64,000 bases of DNA from a virus: the IMG/VR virus record IMGVR_UViG_3300030685_000353, positions 9,506 to 73,505 of that record. One strand, given 5' to 3'. This document shows, in pieces, positions 60,475 to 64,000 of this stretch. The notes below the pieces were generated by a model that worked only from the letters and a program-made list of their open reading frames with translations, did no database searches and was not told the origin of the DNA. A program made the position numbers and the translations under genes. Each line of letters starts with the position of its first letter. Positions within the stretch are counted from its first letter, which is position 1.

Positions 60475-60774
60475 TCAATAGCCATCTTCAAGTATTGCTT
60501 CAAGTATTGCTTCAACTTCTTCTACAGGTAAAGAAAATTCTTTTCCATTACTGATATTTGTACAGTAAATTGTAGGCCCCATTGCAGTTAATTCACCGTG
60601 CATATGGTATTTTACCCAATTATCAAAACCTTCTCCATTTGTCCATTCATCAATTTGATCGAAGTCCCAACCACGTGAGTCTTTTAAATGTTGGGTTAAG
60701 AAACCTTCGAATACGGCGCAGAATGTACCTTTGTCGTGACCTTCAATAATTTGTTCTTGTGTTAGCTTTGCCAT
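60475..60774 (-). CDS. Early acidic hypothetical protein
   Basis: Downstream of promoter copy 60797. Confidence 0.55.
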   Translation of the reverse strand: MAKLTQEQIIEGHDKGTFCAVFEGFLTQHLKDSRGWDFDQIDEWTNGEGFDNWVKYHMHGELTAMGPTIYCTNISNGKEFSLPVEEVEAILEAILEDGY

Positions 60775-60824
60775 AAGATTTGTTTTTTATTTGTTTTTAA
60801 TTACAATACAAATATAATACAATT

Positions 60825-61136
60825 CTATTCAATACCAAAACGCGATTTGACATATTTTATGATACGTTGCATCAATTTCAGTCCTTTATCACCTACCTCT
60901 ACTGTAATCTCTATAGGCTTAATCTGTACTTGTTTTTCCCAGTACGGACATAGAATACATCCAGGGATTGCAGTACCGCGAGCTTTCTTCGCTTCTTCAT
61001 TTCCACACCACCAAGAAATTACTCCCTTTAGGTGATTGCAGTCACTACATGATTTCTTTTCTTCGGGTGGTACTAACTTCCACTGTTCATCAGTGAGTTC
61101 ATTTATCACCTGTTGTGTCATTTCACTCAGTTTCAT
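60825..61136 (-). CDS. Cys-rich hypothetical protein
   Basis: CSDC..WWC...CILCPYW. Confidence 0.55.
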   Translation of the reverse strand: MKLSEMTQQVINELTDEQWKLVPPEEKKSCSDCNHLKGVISWWCGNEEAKKARGTAIPGCILCPYWEKQVQIKPIEITVEVGDKGLKLMQRIIKYVKSRFGIE

Positions 61137-61472
61137 TTTCTGGTCGTATTAGAGCAACTAACTCATTATGAGTCGCTTGTATGTTCGATAATAGAGTACT
61201 GACTGCTTCTCTCCTTTCTTCTTCTGGAATCGATTCCCAATCTGCCGGTGTTAAGCTTTCAATTTCATAGTTAGACATATCCAGTAATTTCGTCCGGGTT
61301 CTGTCTTTTTCAATTTCTTGCAATTGTCGAATAAGTTCAGGGATTTTGTCATACTCTACTAGGACAGTATCAGGCCTTTCGCCATGTACTCCTGTGGATT
61401 GCTTAATAGCCAGAATGTCTTCCTTTTGGTCAGAACAATCGTTAAATTAGTCTCGCTTTTTACTACTGACAT
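61123..61472 (-). pseudogene. Frameshifted small gene related to 57449..57661
   Basis: MSVVKSETNLTIV then, after a one-base shift, SDQKEDILAIKQ...DKIPELIRQLQEIEK, which joins the annotated 61123..61323 frame. Confidence 0.5.
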
Positions 61473-61757
61473 ATTGTTAGTTTCCAATGATTGATGTTTC
61501 TTCGATTTCTTGAGCGAAGTATCCGTACTGTCCACTTGCTACTTTTTCTTCAAGTTCTTCTTCATCATAGCCCAAATACTCCGCTGCTAAGACGATCGCC
61601 GTATCCTCGTCAATAGCTCTAACTGGAACCAAAGTTGGTGATTCCCAGGCTTCCTGATCGGTAAATGTTACAATGAATAGTTTGTTCATATTATCAATTT
61701 TTGATTATTAATTTTTGATAATACAAATATAATACAAATCTAACCCATACCAAAACG

Positions 61758-62201
61758 CTAGAACCCAAATATATGTGCTACTAGCTTAGTCTTTCTGTCC
61801 TTTGCGAAGTCTGCAAGTGTCATACCTGAGTCGTAAAAGTCTGGAGCCCATTCCATAGGCATTTTCGTCCTTTTCCATTCCTCAGAGTTCACGATTAGCA
61901 TGATCGTACTTTCCCTAGCCTGTATGCAAATTGCATTGATCTTTTCTTCGTAAGTCTCAAAGTTCGGCATCTTTGACATACGCTTAAGAATGTCGTACTC
62001 TTTCTTCAGAGCTTTTATCTTAAGTTCTGTAGCCTCATTTTTTCGCCTACAAATATCGTTCAATTTTTGTAGTTTTTCGCGTATAAAATTGTCTAATGTA
62101 TCGTCTAGCCATTGTGATGTCTTGGCAGCGATTCTCTTTTTACATTCCTCTTCTGATACAGGCGTTTTCAGACCAAGAAGTGACATTAAAAACTTATTCA
62201 T
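61758..62201 (-). CDS. Hypothetical protein with degenerate FGF tag
   Basis: Ends SGMTLADFAKDRKTKLVAHIFGF. Confidence 0.65.
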   Translation of the reverse strand: MNKFLMSLLGLKTPVSEEECKKRIAAKTSQWLDDTLDNFIREKLQKLNDICRRKNEATELKIKALKKEYDILKRMSKMPNFETYEEKINAICIQARESTIMLIVNSEEWKRTKMPMEWAPDFYDSGMTLADFAKDRKTKLVAHIFGF

Positions 62202-62456
62202 TGTTACAATATATTATTAATCAGGTGTCATGCAATGCATTGTCGAGTATCATAACGTATATCAGTATGGTACCTACCTCATAAGAGAAATGTTCTGAGT
62301 GAATTACCGTCATCACTTTTGAACCAGTTTCAGACAAAGGCAAGTCTGAAAGAGACTTGCAGCGTAGATAAAAGTCAATGAACCTGGCGATTTCATTTAA
62401 CAATACCTCTTCTGGAATGTTAAACTTCTCCGATGCCTGTTCTATGACCTCTAATT

Positions 62457-62909
62457 TCATTTCACAATTTTACTTCGTGGATGCATCAAAGCATTCATTC
62501 TGGCCAACGCATTCATTATTGCACCAGTCAGATCATCAATCGTAGCATGCTGGTAGGCAATGTCGTTGTAGTACTTTATCGAGTGGAAAGCTTCTTTGTG
62601 TTCCACCTTGAGCTTGTCATAAATCTCCTTGATCTGTGGCAAGTAGTTTTCTTCCACCGGAGCATCAGTACCGACCAATTTCAGTTCCACTTCCACCTGA
62701 AGAGTGATCCATCCAATAGGGTACTTGTCAGTTGATCCATCAGCATATGTCAATTGGCAGGTGAAGTCCTTTTCAGTAGATTCAATCTTGGTCACAGTCC
62801 TGCCGATAATCCAGTCGTCTCCTCGTACTGTTTTCAGATCTATGTCTGAAGTCTTGCCACCCATTCTTAAGTAGTCAGCGTAGCTTATTTTCATTGTCTG
62901 TCTCATCAA
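62457..62909 (-). CDS. Hypothetical protein
   Basis: 150-aa ORF coupled to its neighbours. Confidence 0.55.
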   Translation of the reverse strand: MMRQTMKISYADYLRMGGKTSDIDLKTVRGDDWIIGRTVTKIESTEKDFTCQLTYADGSTDKYPIGWITLQVEVELKLVGTDAPVEENYLPQIKEIYDKLKVEHKEAFHSIKYYNDIAYQHATIDDLTGAIMNALARMNALMHPRSKIVK

Positions 62910-63157
62910 AATCCGAATTTCTTGGTTATTTTTTCAATTCTCTGCTTCCGCCTAGCCTCTCTGTCCTCACAGACTGCATTGATCAAATATTCGTAGCTGA
63001 TCCTTTCGAATTCGATAAAGCTACATTGCAATGCATGGTAGAATTCTCGGAAAGTCCTTTGAACTCGCCTCCTTTTATCCATCTCATAAGCTTCCAAAAT
63101 CCATAAGTTGAACCCCGGAGGCTTAGCAGAAATTGTTGAGTGTAATGCTGAGTGCAT
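62906..63157 (-). CDS. Small protein with KFGF tag
   Basis: Ends RKQRIEKITKKFGF; start may be 63082. Confidence 0.55.
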   Translation of the reverse strand: MHSALHSTISAKPPGFNLWILEAYEMDKRRRVQRTFREFYHALQCSFIEFERISYEYLINAVCEDREARRKQRIEKITKKFGF

Positions 63158-63190
63158 ATTGTCTATTGTTTAGCTTCGAATTTTCCATAC

Positions 63191-63620
63191 CACCTATATA
63201 GTGGCCAAAACGAAGCAGTTATTTCAAGTTAGAGAACTCCCTATCCATCGTGCTTACAGTCTCATAGAACGATTAGATCGTGATAAAGTAATCTGGGTCC
63301 ATGCCAGATTCAATGATATCCGCTAGTAAAAGTTCCTGAGTCGAGAATACCTTATCATAATAGTCGCATTTGAGGCCGTAGCCTAGTTTCTTTTTTGCCA
63401 TGAGAAATGTTTGATTTGATTATGATACAAAGGTAATACAATTCCACTCATGACCAAAACGCAAGTCTTTCACTTCAAAAAAAGTTGCCTACCTATAGTA
63501 CCTGCCAAACGAAGCTGTTCTTGCTATGCGCCTTGCCAGCCAATCAGGAATTCCCATAGAAATGTGACCTACCTACATGAAATGAGGTTCCACCTATATG
63601 GAGGCCAGATTGAAGCAGTT
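63191..63620. repeat. Three copies of ACCTATA-n5/6-GCCA(AAC/GATT)GAAGC(A/T)GTT
   Basis: At ~63191, ~63491 and ~63591, at the start of a GC-richer, apparently non-coding right end. Confidence 0.6.
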
Positions 63621-64000
63621 TCATACAGGATATTTCTTGCTTACGTAGGCGCCTGGTTAAGTCACTCCACAATGCATTGCAGTCTATTGGGGTCACTGGC
63701 TTGACTACGGAGCATCGTCGTACTGTACTGAGCCGAACTATTCACAGTACAGCGGGCGCGCTACTTCGAGGTAGTCTGACTACCTATGGTACTTGCAACT
63801 TGAAGCTGATAAGGACGCCTCTGTGGTGTGCCAATCAAAATATCTCAAAATTTAGGTGCCGTGGTGTAATTTTTTGATGGAGGAGCGGCAGAGGCGCTGG
63901 GTTGCAGTGGTACATCTGAGTATTGTGTAGGGGTGTCCGGTGCGGTGATACGGCTGTATGTTGGTGGCCCTATGCATTTTGGCCCAACCTTGCACAACCT

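Larger units (their letters stand above)
36931..63461 (-). promoter_or_regulatory. Family of ~28 conserved ~46-bp early promoter elements (Bacteroidota -33/-7 type)
   Basis: Minus-strand consensus CGTTT(T/C)-n~10-AGAATTGTATTATATTTGTATTGTAATYAA (TTTG-19nt-TATATTTG in the 58413 copy). + strand starts at ~36931, 38086, 38831, 39581, 40224, 41302, 42351, 43149, 43818, 44800, 44889, 44977, 45467, 46044, 46902, 47545, 49415, 51514, 52123, 53266, 55165, 56361, 57668, 58413, 60057, 60797, 61712, 63416; variants at ~18541 and ~22353. Nearly all lie just upstream of an ATG. Confidence 0.88.

Noticed and set aside
55196-61136. RFG-ending ORFs (KRFGR*, SRFGIE*) as further KFGF-tag members
   Set aside because: Those residues are encoded by the promoter's CGTTTTGG box
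36931-63461. CRISPR array or attC-type reading of the 46-bp repeats
   Set aside because: The spacers are whole genes of variable length, the repeats are not palindromic, they match a promoter consensus, and no cas or integrase gene is seen
71-63877. Many short + strand ORFs (e.g. 71..466, 6236..6634, 44362..44803, 54553..54975)
   Set aside because: Antisense shadows of well-supported minus-strand genes, with no recognisable motifs
63450-63877. + strand ORFs at the right end
   Set aside because: Atypical composition, overlap with promoter and repeat elements, no protein features
1-64000. Genome-wide TAG reassignment (code 15), suggested by the CUA tRNA
   Set aside because: Long genes are uninterrupted in code 11, and KFGF-tagged genes end in TAG, TAA or TGA at the same position, so TAG is a normal stop

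Overview
This is a 64-kb segment of a large, AT-rich, T4-like myovirus genome, probably a jumbo phage. Its promoters match the Bacteroidota -33 TTTG / -7 TAnnTTTG consensus, which points to a Bacteroidota host. Nearly all genes are on the minus strand. 1-11 kb holds morphogenesis genes: probable tape-measure N-terminus, gp51/gp26-like, tail tube, tail sheath, terminase large and small subunits, gp14-like neck. 11-28.5 kb holds replication, transcription and nucleotide genes: GIY-YIG endonuclease, clamp loader, RNase H, sigma70, HAD/NT5C/MazG, denV, class II RNR and a GT2 + collagen-like island. 28.5-36 kb holds tandem paralog families. 36.9-63.5 kb is an early region of ~28 cassettes, each headed by a conserved ~46-bp promoter element; it includes an NAD+ ligase, an ATP-ligase-like gene, HNH, a histone-H1-like protein and tRNA-like genes. 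Main candidates for novelty: (1) an unannotated Pth2-like peptidyl-tRNA hydrolase gene beginning ATG-CTA-TAG, ~600 bp from an atypical tRNA with a CUA anticodon, in a standard-code genome; (2) a C-terminal tag (RGxIxxxKFGF-stop) shared by eight proteins of different families; (3) the promoter-cassette array; (4) non-canonical tRNA-like RNAs and phased repeats. All calls come from reading motifs by eye; no database searches were run.
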